Origin: Nannocystis bainbridge
Lineage (GTDB): Bacteria; Myxococcota_A; Polyangia; Nannocystales; Nannocystaceae
Direction: 5' to 3'
Assembly: GCF_028368995.1 (NCBI RefSeq)
Contig: NZ_JAQNDL010000001.1
Coordinates: 3,840,001 to 3,904,000 of the forward strand
DNA length: 64,000 bases
Shown here: piece after piece, positions 51,806 through 64,000 of the stretch
Numbering within the stretch: position 1 is the stretch's first letter
How the letters are laid out: every line of letters begins with the position of its first letter
The notes under the pieces: generated by a model
Database searches by the model: none
Told to the model about the DNA's origin: nothing
Seen by the model: the letters and a program-made list of their open reading frames with translations, nothing else
Made by a program: the position numbers and the translations under genes

Positions 51806-53047
51806 ATGGCCGAGACGCCGCAGGACCCGAAGATCGAGCCCACTGAAGCCAGCGCCGTCCCGCCCGCGCCGCCCGTGCCGCCCGTGGGCACGCCGACCGC
51901 CGCGCTGAGCCCCGAGCTGCAGGTCGCCGCCGCCGAGCTGGCGCAGGTCGGCGACGAGACCGGCGAGCCTGTCGATGTCCCCAAGGACATGACGGCCGGC
52001 GAGATCGCCACCGTCAAGCGCTTCGCCAGGTTCCGCGCCTTCTTTGCCAAGCACGGTCACCTGCTGTGGTGGCTGCACTCGGCCTACGCCATGACCTTCG
52101 GCGCGTTCGTCATGATGTACGCCGCCGAGGGCTACGACCGCGCCCGCTGGATGGTCGTGCTGTTGTGCGCCGGCTGGCTGGTGATCGTCATGTTCTTCCG
52201 CCACTTCGGCCAGGGCCGCGGGCAGAAGGACAGGGTCACCGACGCCAAGTCGAAGCTGCGCTTCTACGTGATGACCACGGCGCTGAAGAACCTCTACCAG
52301 AGCATGCTGTTCTTCCTGGTGCCCTTCTATTGGAAGGCCGCCACGCTCGACGCCGACAACCGCTTCTTCCTCTACCTGCTCGGCCTGCTCGCGCTGCTGT
52401 CGACCGTCGACGTCGTGTTCGACCAGGTCTTGATGCGCTACAAGGCCCCGGCCTCGGTCGTCTACCTGTTCATCCTGTTCGCCTGCCTCAACCTGGTGTT
52501 GCCGGCGATCTTCCCTGACACGCGCACGCTCGTCACCTTGCTGGCCGCAGCCGCGCTGGCGACGGTGGTGTTCTTCACCATGCACGTGCCGTTCAAGAAC
52601 CTGCTCAAGCCGGCGTGGTTCTTCGCCCTGGTGGCCGCCGTCGGCATGGCCGTGTTCATCGCCTACGCCGGCCGGCGCGGCATCCCGCCGGTGCCGATGT
52701 ACGTCGCCGTCGGCGCGGTCGGCCCGACCCTCTTGCCCGACGGTCGCCTCAGCATGCACGTCAGCGCCCTCCACGAGTCGCTGATCACCGAGATGCACGC
52801 GATCACCGACGTCGTCACCCCGGGCGGCCGCGGCGACAACCTCCTGCACGTCTGGCGTCACCGCGGCCTCGAGGTCCAGCGCGGCGCCAGCGAGCCCGCC
52901 GTCGACCCACCGCCCGGCAGCGTCCGCCTGCGTTCCACCTTGCGTTCGTTCCACATCCCCTCGGACCGCACCGGCCCGTGGAGCATCGACGTCGTCACCG
53001 AGGACGACCAGTTGGTCGGGCGCGTCGAATTCGAGGTCATCCAATGA
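51806..53047 (+). CDS. Multi-pass membrane protein with C-terminal DUF2914-like domain
   Basis: About 8 TM helices; LLHVWRH...GPWSIDVVTEDDQLVGRVEFEV. Confidence 0.78.
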   Translation: MAETPQDPKIEPTEASAVPPAPPVPPVGTPTAALSPELQVAAAELAQVGDETGEPVDVPKDMTAGEIATVKRFARFRAFFAKHGHLLWWLHSAYAMTFGAFVMMYAAEGYDRARWMVVLLCAGWLVIVMFFRHFGQGRGQKDRVTDAKSKLRFYVMTTALKNLYQSMLFFLVPFYWKAATLDADNRFFLYLLGLLALLSTVDVVFDQVLMRYKAPASVVYLFILFACLNLVLPAIFPDTRTLVTLLAAAALATVVFFTMHVPFKNLLKPAWFFALVAAVGMAVFIAYAGRRGIPPVPMYVAVGAVGPTLLPDGRLSMHVSALHESLITEMHAITDVVTPGGRGDNLLHVWRHRGLEVQRGASEPAVDPPPGSVRLRSTLRSFHIPSDRTGPWSIDVVTEDDQLVGRVEFEVIQ

Positions 53048-54330
53048 CGAGCGAAGTCCGCGTCCGCCCCCCACCCGGCCCGATCTTGGCCGCCCTCACC
53101 CCGCCTGGCTCGAAGAGCCTGACCAACCGCGCGCTTGTCCTTGCGGCCATGTCCGAAGGGACATCCATGCTGCGCGGCTGCCTCGACTCCGAGGACACCC
53201 AGGTCATGCGCGCCGCGCTGGCCCGCTGCGGCGTCGTCTGCGAGGCCAGCGAGGACGCCAGCGAGGTCCGCGTCACCGGCGTCGGCGGCCCGCTGACGCG
53301 CGTCGACGAGCCCGAGCGGCCGATCGACGTCGCCACCGCCGGCACCGCCGCTCGCTTCCTCGCCGCCGTGTTCGCCGCCTCGCCGATCACCTGCCTCGTC
53401 GACGGCAGCGCGCGCATGCGCGAACGGCCCATGGAGGGCCTCCTGCAGGCTCTGCGGGCCCAGGGCGCCGACATCCGCTGCACCGCCGCCGAGGACATGT
53501 TGCCGTGCGAGATCCGCGGCGCTCGCCTGCGCGGCGGCGAGATCCGCCTCGCTCGCCCGCCCAGCTCCCAGTTCATCTCCGCCCTCCTGATCGCCGCCCC
53601 GCTCGCCGACGCTCCGCTGCGCATCGTGCTCGAGCAGGGCACCCCCGCGCGGCCCTACGTCGACATGACCCTCGCCTGCCTGCGTGACTTCGGGGCCGAC
53701 GCGCGCTGGCTCGAGCGAGATGTGCTCGAGGTCAGCCCCACCACCTTGCGCGGCCGCGACTACCACGTCGAGCCCGACGCCTCCGCCGCCACCTACTTGC
53801 TGTCGCTGGCCGCGATCTTCGGCGGCGAGGTGCGCGTCCCCGGCCTCGGTCGCGCCAGCCAGCAGGGCGACACCCGCTTCTGCGACGTGCTCGGGCGCAT
53901 GGGCGCGAGCGTCCTCCAGGGCCCCGAGATCACCCTCGTGCGCGGCGCCGGCACCCTGCACGGCGTCGACCTCGACCTCTCCGACATGCCCGACACCACG
54001 CTGACCGCCGCCGTGCTCGCGCTGCACGCCGTCGGGCCGACGCGGATCCGCGGCGTCGAGGTCCTGCGTCACCACGAGAGCGACCGGATCGCCGCTGCCG
54101 CCACCGAGCTGCGCAAGCTCGGCGCCGAGGTCGTCGAGCACGAAGACGGCCTCGACATCACCCCGCCGGCGCAGATCGTCGCTGGCGCCGCGATCGACAC
54201 CTACCGCGACCACCGCGTCGCCATGGCCTTCAGTCTCGCCGGCCACGTCACGATCCGCGACCCCGGCTGCGTCGCCAAGACCTTCCCCAAGTACTTCGAG
54301 GTCCTCGCCGGCCTCGGCATGGTCGAGTGA
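53044..54330 (+). CDS. aroA: 3-phosphoshikimate 1-carboxyvinyltransferase (EPSP synthase)
   Basis: PGSKSLTNRAL, AGTAARF, MRERP, SSQFISALL, LRHHESDRI, DHRVAMAF, CVAKTFP. Confidence 0.96.
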   Translation: MTSEVRVRPPPGPILAALTPPGSKSLTNRALVLAAMSEGTSMLRGCLDSEDTQVMRAALARCGVVCEASEDASEVRVTGVGGPLTRVDEPERPIDVATAGTAARFLAAVFAASPITCLVDGSARMRERPMEGLLQALRAQGADIRCTAAEDMLPCEIRGARLRGGEIRLARPPSSQFISALLIAAPLADAPLRIVLEQGTPARPYVDMTLACLRDFGADARWLERDVLEVSPTTLRGRDYHVEPDASAATYLLSLAAIFGGEVRVPGLGRASQQGDTRFCDVLGRMGASVLQGPEITLVRGAGTLHGVDLDLSDMPDTTLTAAVLALHAVGPTRIRGVEVLRHHESDRIAAAATELRKLGAEVVEHEDGLDITPPAQIVAGAAIDTYRDHRVAMAFSLAGHVTIRDPGCVAKTFPKYFEVLAGLGMVE

Positions 54331-55658
54331 GCGTGCGCGCCGGCGACCTCGTCACCGTCGACCTCGAGGTGCTCACGCCCGAGGGCGACGGGCTGTCCGA
54401 AAGCACAGGTACTTCGGTCCATGTCCCCGGGGTTTATCCCGGCGAGCGCGCCGAGGTCCGGGTCGAGCACGTCTCGCGCCAGACCCCGCGGGCCCACGCC
54501 CGCCTGCGCACGCTGCTGCAGGCCCACCCGGCCCGGGTCGCGCCGCCCTGCCCGCACAGCGACGCCGGCATCGCCCCCCGCCGCGGCGCCTGCTCCGGCT
54601 GCCCGCTGCAGGCCCTCGACCTCGCCGCCCAGCGCGAGCTCAAGCGCGCGGCTCTGGTCCGCCGCCACGGCCTCGACCCCGGCCCGCTGGTCGCCGGCCC
54701 CGACGCCTGGGGTTATCGGTGGTCGAGCAAGCGGATCATCACAGGTACTTCGGGACATGTCCTCGTGGGCAGCTACCACCGCGGCTCGCACGCCCCGGCC
54801 GCCATGAATGACTGCCGCGTCGACCACCCGAGCATCGCCGCCGCCGCGCGCGAGCTGCAGGCCGCCGCCTCGGCCCTGGCGATCGTCCCCTACGACGAGG
54901 CCACCGGCAGCGGCGACCTGCGCTACGCCTGGTTCAAGACCGACGGCCGGGACGTCCTCCTCACCCTCATCACCGCCGCCAGCCCGAGCCCCGCGGCCGA
55001 GCTGCTACCCGCCGCCCTGAAGCTGCCCGCCGGCGTCGCCTGGAGCGTGCAGGCCGGCCGCGGCAACGCCGTGCGCGGCGAGCCGCCCGTGCAGCTGCGC
55101 GGACGACCTGTCCTTTCAGTCAGCCTCGCCGGCGTCCCCGTCGAGGTCGGCCCGCTCGGGTTCTTGCAGCCCAATCCGCGCGTCGCCGAGCTCGCCTATC
55201 GCGACCTCGTCGCCGACGAGGCCGGCGCCCCGCACCGCGGCAAACTCGCCTTCGACCTCTACGCCGGCGCCGGGGTGACGACTGCCTTGCTGCGGCGCGA
55301 GTTCGCCGAGGTCGTCCCGTGCGAGGTCTACCCCGAGAGCGCCGCCGCGCTGGGCGTCCCCGCCGAACCCGCCGAGGTCTTCCTCGCCCGCCAGCAGGCC
55401 GAAGGTCGCCACCCCGAGCTCGTCGTCGCCAACCCGCCGCGCGGCGGCATGGGCCCCGCCGTGTGCGCCGCCCTGGTCCGCCAGGCCGCCCCGCGCCTGC
55501 AGATCATGAGCTGCAGCGCCGACGCCCTGGTCCGCGACCTCGCCACGCTGCAGGCCGGCGGCTACGTCCTCCGCCGCCTGCGCGCCTACGACACCCTGCC
55601 CCACACCCCACACCTCGAGCTCGTCGCCTGGCTGTCCCACGGGACAGGCGACGACTGA
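54327..55658 (+). CDS. RlmD/RumA-family RNA m5U methyltransferase (TRAM and Fe-S motifs)
   Basis: CPH...CSGCPLQ, FLQPN, DLYAGAG, NPPRGG, MSC, LPHTPHLE. Confidence 0.88.
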   Translation: MSVRAGDLVTVDLEVLTPEGDGLSESTGTSVHVPGVYPGERAEVRVEHVSRQTPRAHARLRTLLQAHPARVAPPCPHSDAGIAPRRGACSGCPLQALDLAAQRELKRAALVRRHGLDPGPLVAGPDAWGYRWSSKRIITGTSGHVLVGSYHRGSHAPAAMNDCRVDHPSIAAAARELQAAASALAIVPYDEATGSGDLRYAWFKTDGRDVLLTLITAASPSPAAELLPAALKLPAGVAWSVQAGRGNAVRGEPPVQLRGRPVLSVSLAGVPVEVGPLGFLQPNPRVAELAYRDLVADEAGAPHRGKLAFDLYAGAGVTTALLRREFAEVVPCEVYPESAAALGVPAEPAEVFLARQQAEGRHPELVVANPPRGGMGPAVCAALVRQAAPRLQIMSCSADALVRDLATLQAGGYVLRRLRAYDTLPHTPHLELVAWLSHGTGDD

Positions 55659-55765
55659 GCCTCAAGATCACCGCCGCGTCACCTCGACCGACGACCTCGC
55701 TTCGGACGAGCGTCGGCTCGCATCCGGGCGGCGGATCTCTCGGAGTTCATCGACCCCGAATTCAA

Positions 55766-55810
55766 CATGTCTTTCGGAACATGCCCCCACGGGCATGTCC
55801 CTTAAAACAG
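55766..55810. repeat. 14-bp palindrome array between convergent genes
   Basis: CATG at 55766, 55780, 55794. Confidence 0.7.
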
Positions 55811-55812
55811 CA

Positions 55813-56469
55813 TCAGAGCTCGGCCTCGATCTCGCGCAGCAGCCCCGGCAGCGCGCGCAGATCGGCGGCCAGCCAGCGAGCGCCGGCTGCGCGCAGCTCG
55901 TCCTCGCTGCCCATCCCGTGCAGCACCCCGATGGTCGGGATCCCGTGGACCTGCGCGCCGGCCACGTCGTGGCGGCGGTCGCCGACCATCACCAGCCCCT
56001 CGGCGCGGCCGGCGAACGAATGCAGCGCGCGGGCGATCACCGCCGCCTTGGGCTCCACGTCGAGGGCGAGCGAGCGGCCGCAGATCGCCTTGAACAGGTG
56101 CGCCACCCCGAGGCCGGCGAGGATCGGTCGCGCGTACACCTCGGGCTTGCTGGTCGCCACGGCCAGCTCGGTGCGCTGCGCCAGCTCCGTCACCACCTCG
56201 ACCAAACCGGCGGCCGGCCGCGTCTCGTCGACCGAGGTCGCCGCGTAGCGCTCGCGATACGCCGCGATGAAGCGCGCGAGCAGCTGCGGATCGTCGCCGA
56301 TCACCGACTGCGCGCTCTCCTCGAGCGGCGGCCCGATCAGCGGCCGCAGCGACGTCAGGGTCAGCGGCGGGCGGCCGAGCGTCTGGAGCGCGTGGTTGAA
56401 GCAAGCGCCGATCGAGGCCAGCGAGTCGACCAGCACGCCGTCGAGGTCGAAGAGGACGCCGCGGAGCAC
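55813..56469 (-). CDS. HAD-superfamily phosphatase (phosphoglycolate phosphatase / 5'-nucleotidase-like)
   Basis: FDLDGVLVDS, ATSK, MVGDRRHD. Confidence 0.92.
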   Translation of the reverse strand: MLRGVLFDLDGVLVDSLASIGACFNHALQTLGRPPLTLTSLRPLIGPPLEESAQSVIGDDPQLLARFIAAYRERYAATSVDETRPAAGLVEVVTELAQRTELAVATSKPEVYARPILAGLGVAHLFKAICGRSLALDVEPKAAVIARALHSFAGRAEGLVMVGDRRHDVAGAQVHGIPTIGVLHGMGSEDELRAAGARWLAADLRALPGLLREIEAEL

Positions 56470-56975
56470 GAGGGCTGTCTAGCACTCGCAGCGGCTTGAA
56501 GTCGCGCTCGGCGGGAGATCCGGAACTGTGGGACAGATCGTCGTGTGGATGCACACGATTGCATCGCAGCGCCAGGCGGCGGCCGACGCACGCATCGCAG
56601 CGCGTGTCGACTTCGCGACTGCGAAGCTCGCGACGAATGCAGCGCGCTCCGCAGTCGTGATGCGGCGCGGCGAGTCAGCACACGAATTGTCCCGAAGGAC
56701 AGGTTGCGAGCCGCCGGCCGAGCGCCGAGAGAAGTCGTTGAACATCGCCGTAGAACGCCGTTGGAGCCCGAAATTCCGCGATCCGTGCGAGCGCACACGC
56801 GTGCGCGTCCACACGGTTTTGCGACGATCCATGACGACTTCGAGAGTCGCGCGACGATCGCCGATGTTCGCCAAGCAGCTCCCCCGGCCCACCGCACGCA
56901 TCGCGCGAATCGTGCGAGAGCACACGATGCACAGCGGCACACGAAGCGACGAGCCCATGTAATTTTTTGTCTGCG

Positions 56976-58649
<1,674 letters not shown>

Positions 58650-58703
58650 GCACCCCCGACTTCACCCCCGCTCTCCCGCCCGTCTTCGGAGCACACGGAT
58701 CCC

Positions 58704-60128
<1,425 letters not shown>

Positions 60129-60149
60129 TTCGTCGCTCGCTCCACGCCC

Positions 60150-60179
60150 ACGGCCTCGGTTCTCGCGAACCGGGGCCGT
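60150..60179 (+). terminator. GC-rich hairpin downstream of boxB (terminator-like)
   Basis: acggcctcggttc-tcgc-gaaccggggccgt inverted repeat; weak U-tract. Confidence 0.45.
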
Positions 60180-60344
60180 TCGCATTTCGCGGCCTCGTCT
60201 TCGGCGTCGCGACGAAACAGGCCCCGCGCTGCGCGAGCCGGCTCCGGCTCACCGAACCGGGGCCGCTTCTGCGTCGCGCTCACAATGGGGGCAGGAGAGG
60301 TCGCCGCTGCGTCGTTCGAGCAGCGGCGCGACCTGTCCTTTCGC

Positions 60345-61034
60345 TCAGGAGCGGCCGTAGACCGGCACGATCGCCCCGCTCGTCACCCCGAGGCCCGGGG
60401 ACACCAGCGCGTGCACCGTGCGGGCGATCTCCGTCGGCTTGGTCCAGCGCGAGAAGTCGGCGTCCGGCATGCTCTTGCGGTTGATCGGCGTGTCGATGAG
60501 GCCCGGGGCGATCGCGTTGACCGTGATGCCCTCCTCGCGCAGTTCCTCGGCGAGCTGGCCGGTGAGCGCCGCGATGGCTCCCTTGGCCATCGCGTAGGCG
60601 GACAGGCCGGCGGCCGGCTGGCTGACCGCGCGGGCGACGGTGTTGACGATGCGCCCGCCCTGCCCGCCGCTCGCCCGGATCTTCGCCACCGCCGCGCGGC
60701 TGCACAGGAACGCCGTCACCGCGTTGAGCGTCCACTGGCCCTGGACCGTCGCCAGGTCGGTGTCCGCGAGCTTGGCCCAGGTGAAGCCGCCGGCCAGGTG
60801 GACCGAGGCCCACAGCGCCGGCAGCTCGCCGTAGAACCCGGCCACGGCTGCCTCTTGAGACAGGTCGACGCGCGGCACGTAGCGCACCCCGCCGACCCGC
60901 TCACCCGGCCCGTCGTCGATCGCCGGCACCACCACGTTCGCGCCGGCGTCAGCCAGCTCCTGGACGACGGCCCCACCGAGCGCGCCTGCGCCTCCGGTGA
61001 CGACGATGGTGAGCCCCTCGAGATCGCGCTGCAT
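60345..61034 (-). CDS. Short-chain dehydrogenase/reductase (SDR)
   Basis: VTGGAGALG, YAMAK, VNAIAPGLIDT. Confidence 0.93.
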   Translation of the reverse strand: MQRDLEGLTIVVTGGAGALGGAVVQELADAGANVVVPAIDDGPGERVGGVRYVPRVDLSQEAAVAGFYGELPALWASVHLAGGFTWAKLADTDLATVQGQWTLNAVTAFLCSRAAVAKIRASGGQGGRIVNTVARAVSQPAAGLSAYAMAKGAIAALTGQLAEELREEGITVNAIAPGLIDTPINRKSMPDADFSRWTKPTEIARTVHALVSPGLGVTSGAIVPVYGRS

Positions 61035-61107
61035 GTCCTGAGATCCTTCCGTGTCTCTCGTTGTTGTCGCTGTCCGAAAGTACTTGTCCGAACGGTCACC
61101 CGCGGTG

Positions 61108-62184
61108 TCACCCGCGGTGGACGAATACCTTGATCATGTGCCACTCGATGAGGGTCACCTGCTCGGGCGTCACCTTCATCTCGTTGTCGTCGACCATGCG
61201 GCGGATGACCTCGACGACCTCGCCCTCGCTGGTCGGCGGCGCCTTCTCGACCTCCGACAGCTCGTGGCACTGGCTGCACACGCTCTCGTAGGTCTTGCGC
61301 GCGGCGACCTCGTCGACCGGGCGCGGCGCGGCCGGCTCGGTCGCGGTGGCGACGGCCTCGGCCGACGGCGGCGGCGCGGCCAGGGCGGCGTCGGCCTGCA
61401 CGCGCTGCTCCTCCTGGGCCCGGCGCTCCTTGAGCGAGCGCTGGAGGTCGCGCGAGATGGCGATCATGTAGGCCGTGACCTGCCAGCCCTCGAACTCGGA
61501 GATCGGCTCGTTGAAGCTGGGCTTGATGACCATGCGGTCGACGGTGCCGACCCAGTCGAGCGGCGAGCGCGGCCGGTCGAGGATCGTCTTGAGGTCGTGG
61601 CAGGCGACGCACTTCTTGAGCAGCACCTGGCGGCCCGCCTGCAGCGAGTCGACCGTCGACAGCTCGTCGACCGGCGCCTCTTCAGGCAGCTTGGCCGACT
61701 CGAGCAGCCGCTTCACGCGGGCCCGGTTGTCGTCGCCGTAGACGTCGCCCATCTCGCTGGCGAGCACCATCTCGCGGAACGCGTGCGGCATCGACAGCCC
61801 GGCGAGCATGATCGTGCATACCAGCAGCGCCGTGCCCAGCGCCGGCATCCACTCCTCGAGGTGGCGGAAGAACCGCAAGATCGCCACCTTGACCAGCAGG
61901 ATGAAGCCCACCCCCATGCCGAGGCACATGTGCGCGACGGTCCGCGCCGGCCACTCGACCTGGTAGTTCCACATCCGCGGCACCATCTCGAACATCAAGA
62001 CGATGTAGATCAGGACGTAGAACCACCCGAGCTGTCGGTGCAGCCGCATCAGCGACGGCGGGGCCGCGCTCGTGCGCGTGGCTTTGTCGAACGGAAAGCC
62101 CCAGAGGTAGTACATCAGGAACACGGCAGCCGTGCCGACGACCAAAAACAGGAGCCCGAGCGAGGCGCTGAGAATGACGTCCAT
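61108..62184 (-). CDS. Membrane-bound di-heme c-type cytochrome with His-bearing TM domain
   Basis: Four TM helices with His (LHRQLGW, VAHMCLG); CVACH and CSQCH heme-c motifs, each followed by RM. Confidence 0.85.
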   Translation of the reverse strand: MDVILSASLGLLFLVVGTAAVFLMYYLWGFPFDKATRTSAAPPSLMRLHRQLGWFYVLIYIVLMFEMVPRMWNYQVEWPARTVAHMCLGMGVGFILLVKVAILRFFRHLEEWMPALGTALLVCTIMLAGLSMPHAFREMVLASEMGDVYGDDNRARVKRLLESAKLPEEAPVDELSTVDSLQAGRQVLLKKCVACHDLKTILDRPRSPLDWVGTVDRMVIKPSFNEPISEFEGWQVTAYMIAISRDLQRSLKERRAQEEQRVQADAALAAPPPSAEAVATATEPAAPRPVDEVAARKTYESVCSQCHELSEVEKAPPTSEGEVVEVIRRMVDDNEMKVTPEQVTLIEWHMIKVFVHRG

Positions 62185-62202
62185 GTCGTTCGCCTGCGCC
62201 CA

Positions 62203-63063
62203 TCATAACCCCGGGCCGTGCGCCCCGGCGAGGGCGTACAGCAGGATCGCGGTGGCGGCCGCGACCCCCAGCGAGTCGACCCCCGGGCGCATCGGGATCG
62301 CGACCTCGTCGTCGCCGACCGCGCGCAACGCCGCCGGCAGCCCCTGGCCCTCGCTGCCGACCAGGATCACCAGCCGCGCCGGTCGCACCACCGCCCCCAG
62401 GGGCCGCGCTCGCGGACCGGGCGTGGCCGCCAGCACGGTGGCCCCCGCCCCGCGCAGCCGCTGGACCGCCCCGACGAGGTCACCGACGCCGAGGGTCGCC
62501 TGGGCGAACACGTTCCCGGCCGCGGCGCGGATCGCCCGCCGACTCAGTGGGTCCGCGCCGGCGCGGTCGAGCAGGAGCAGGTCGACGCCAAAAGCCCGGG
62601 CAGCCCGGACGATGGCGCCGACATTGGCCGGGTCGGCCAGGCCCTGGGCGAGCAAGACGGTGTACGCCGGGCGCCCGGCGACATCTTCTAAAAGGGTGTC
62701 CTCGAGGACAGGTTGACGATCTGTCTCCGGGGACATGTCATTCCAGCGCAGCCCCGCAGGCCGCAGCCCGCAGGCCGCGACGCCGCGGTGGAAATTCTGG
62801 CCGACGGCCTGCCGCAGCACCGCCTGCTCGCCGACGTAGACCGGGACCTCGGGCCGGGCCGCCAAGATCGGCGCGAGCCGCTCGCAGTGACTGGCCGTCG
62901 TCAGCACCGAGGCCACGCCGTAGTCGCTCCGCAGCAAGCGCTCGACCACCAGCTCGCTCTCGGCGACGAAGCGGTGCGGGTCGGAGCGGTGAGCGAGCGC
63001 CTCCAGAGCCCTGTAGTCGGCGAGGCGCGGGTCGTCGGGATCGTCGACGCGAACCGGGATCAT
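62203..63063 (-). CDS. TrmH/SpoU-family RNA 2'-O-methyltransferase
   Basis: DPANVGAIVRAARAFG, VGSEGQGL, IPM...VDSLGV. Confidence 0.92.
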   Translation of the reverse strand: MIPVRVDDPDDPRLADYRALEALAHRSDPHRFVAESELVVERLLRSDYGVASVLTTASHCERLAPILAARPEVPVYVGEQAVLRQAVGQNFHRGVAACGLRPAGLRWNDMSPETDRQPVLEDTLLEDVAGRPAYTVLLAQGLADPANVGAIVRAARAFGVDLLLLDRAGADPLSRRAIRAAAGNVFAQATLGVGDLVGAVQRLRGAGATVLAATPGPRARPLGAVVRPARLVILVGSEGQGLPAALRAVGDDEVAIPMRPGVDSLGVAAATAILLYALAGAHGPGL

Positions 63064-63130
63064 GCTCGGCCTTGTAACAGCGCGGCGAACTCAGGGAGCC
63101 CGAACGAGTCGCAGGCCCGCCAGGCGCCCC

Positions 63131-64000
63131 TCACCGGCCCTGGACCAGCCGGTGCCAGGTCCGCACCCACGTCGCCCGGCTCGCCGTCCCCGGCATGCCG
63201 CTTCCGGCGAGCAGAGCCACGCAGGCGGGGAACAGCCACGCCTCGCCGGACTCGGCCGCGGCGATCGCCGCGCGCACGTCCGGGTGCTCGCGGCCGAGGT
63301 AGAGCGCCGGCGGCTCCCCGACCACGCGCGGCGAGCCGGCACCAGCGCACAGCTCGACCCGCTCGGGCGACCCGGCCCCGCCATGCACGGCCGCGCGCAG
63401 CGCCGCCAGGAATTGCCGCTCGGCCGACGACAGCGCCGAGTCCGGCAACGGCCGCCGCGCCCCGCCGAACGCCTGCGAGAGCCGCCGCCAGCCGCGCGCC
63501 AGGCTTGCCGAGGCCGGCAACTGCTCGTTTCCGCGCGGCGGTGGCGAGCGAAACCGCAAGTTCAATAATTCGGCCAGGATCCCGCGCTCGGCCGTGCCGA
63601 GGAGCAGGACCGGCGGTCCGGGCAGGGCGAACGCCTCGGGGTCCTGGTCGGGGTCGAGGGCGAACGCCGGCTCCGGTCGGGCCAGCGCCGGCAGGCTCTC
63701 GATCGGCAACCATCGCCGCTCGTCGCGGCTCACCAGCGCCGGCACCACTGGCAGCGCCAGCACCTCGGCCGCGCGTCGCCGCGAGCGCAGCGCCTGCAGC
63801 AGCAGGTGCAGCACCCGCGCCTGGCTGACGGTCGGCAGGCTGGCCGAGCGCGCCCCGGTGGCCAGCATCAACTGCACACCGGCGTCGACGATCGCCTCGA
63901 GCGCCGGTGCGATCGCCTCGCGCAGGTCGGCCGCGGTCGCGGAAGGGGTCAGCTCGCCGGCCGCGATCTTGTCCGCCAGCTCGACCACCGCCTCGAAGCA
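63131..64000 (-). CDS. C-terminal part of a hypothetical protein (runs off the window end)
   Basis: Open frame to the window edge; stop at 63131-63133. Confidence 0.55.
   Translation of the reverse strand, partial: CFEAVVELADKIAAGELTPSATAADLREAIAPALEAIVDAGVQLMLATGARSASLPTVSQARVLHLLLQALRSRRRAAEVLALPVVPALVSRDERRWLPIESLPALARPEPAFALDPDQDPEAFALPGPPVLLLGTAERGILAELLNLRFRSPPPRGNEQLPASASLARGWRRLSQAFGGARRPLPDSALSSAERQFLAALRAAVHGGAGSPERVELCAGAGSPRVVGEPPALYLGREHPDVRAAIAAAESGEAWLFPACVALLAGSGMPGTASRATWVRTWHRLVQGR

Overview
Very GC-rich (roughly 70-75% by eye), gene-dense chromosomal segment. Gene content (PEGA, DUF1592/DUF1552, large S41 protease, many lipoproteins, yqgF-mltG) suggests a myxobacterium, possibly Nannocystis-like; this is inference. 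Housekeeping and metabolic genes include methylmalonyl-CoA mutase (two subunits), prmC, ruvX/yqgF-mltG, bioD, cysS, moaB, aroA, an RlmD-like and a TrmH-like methyltransferase, boxC-boxB, a cytochrome P450 and an ECF41 sigma factor. Two non-coding signals stand out. (1) A Ro60/TROVE (rsr) gene is followed on the minus strand by a tightly packed array of seven Y-RNA-like units (14061-14955): five carry a circularly permuted tRNA-like module and two are short, module-less hairpins. Two of the tRNA mimics carry the alanine identity pair G3.U70 plus A73. (2) A 14-bp palindrome, TGTCY-N4-RGACA, is highly over-represented across the window (at least 29 exact copies counted by eye). It often forms tandem arrays with exact 14-bp phasing, both between convergent genes and in frame inside coding sequences. 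Minor oddities include a frameshifted peptide deformylase, an Hsp70 lacking catalytic residues and a zinc-ribbon insertion in CysRS. No CRISPR array, transposase, rRNA or canonical tRNA was seen. Start codons are best guesses; product names come from motif recognition, not database searches.
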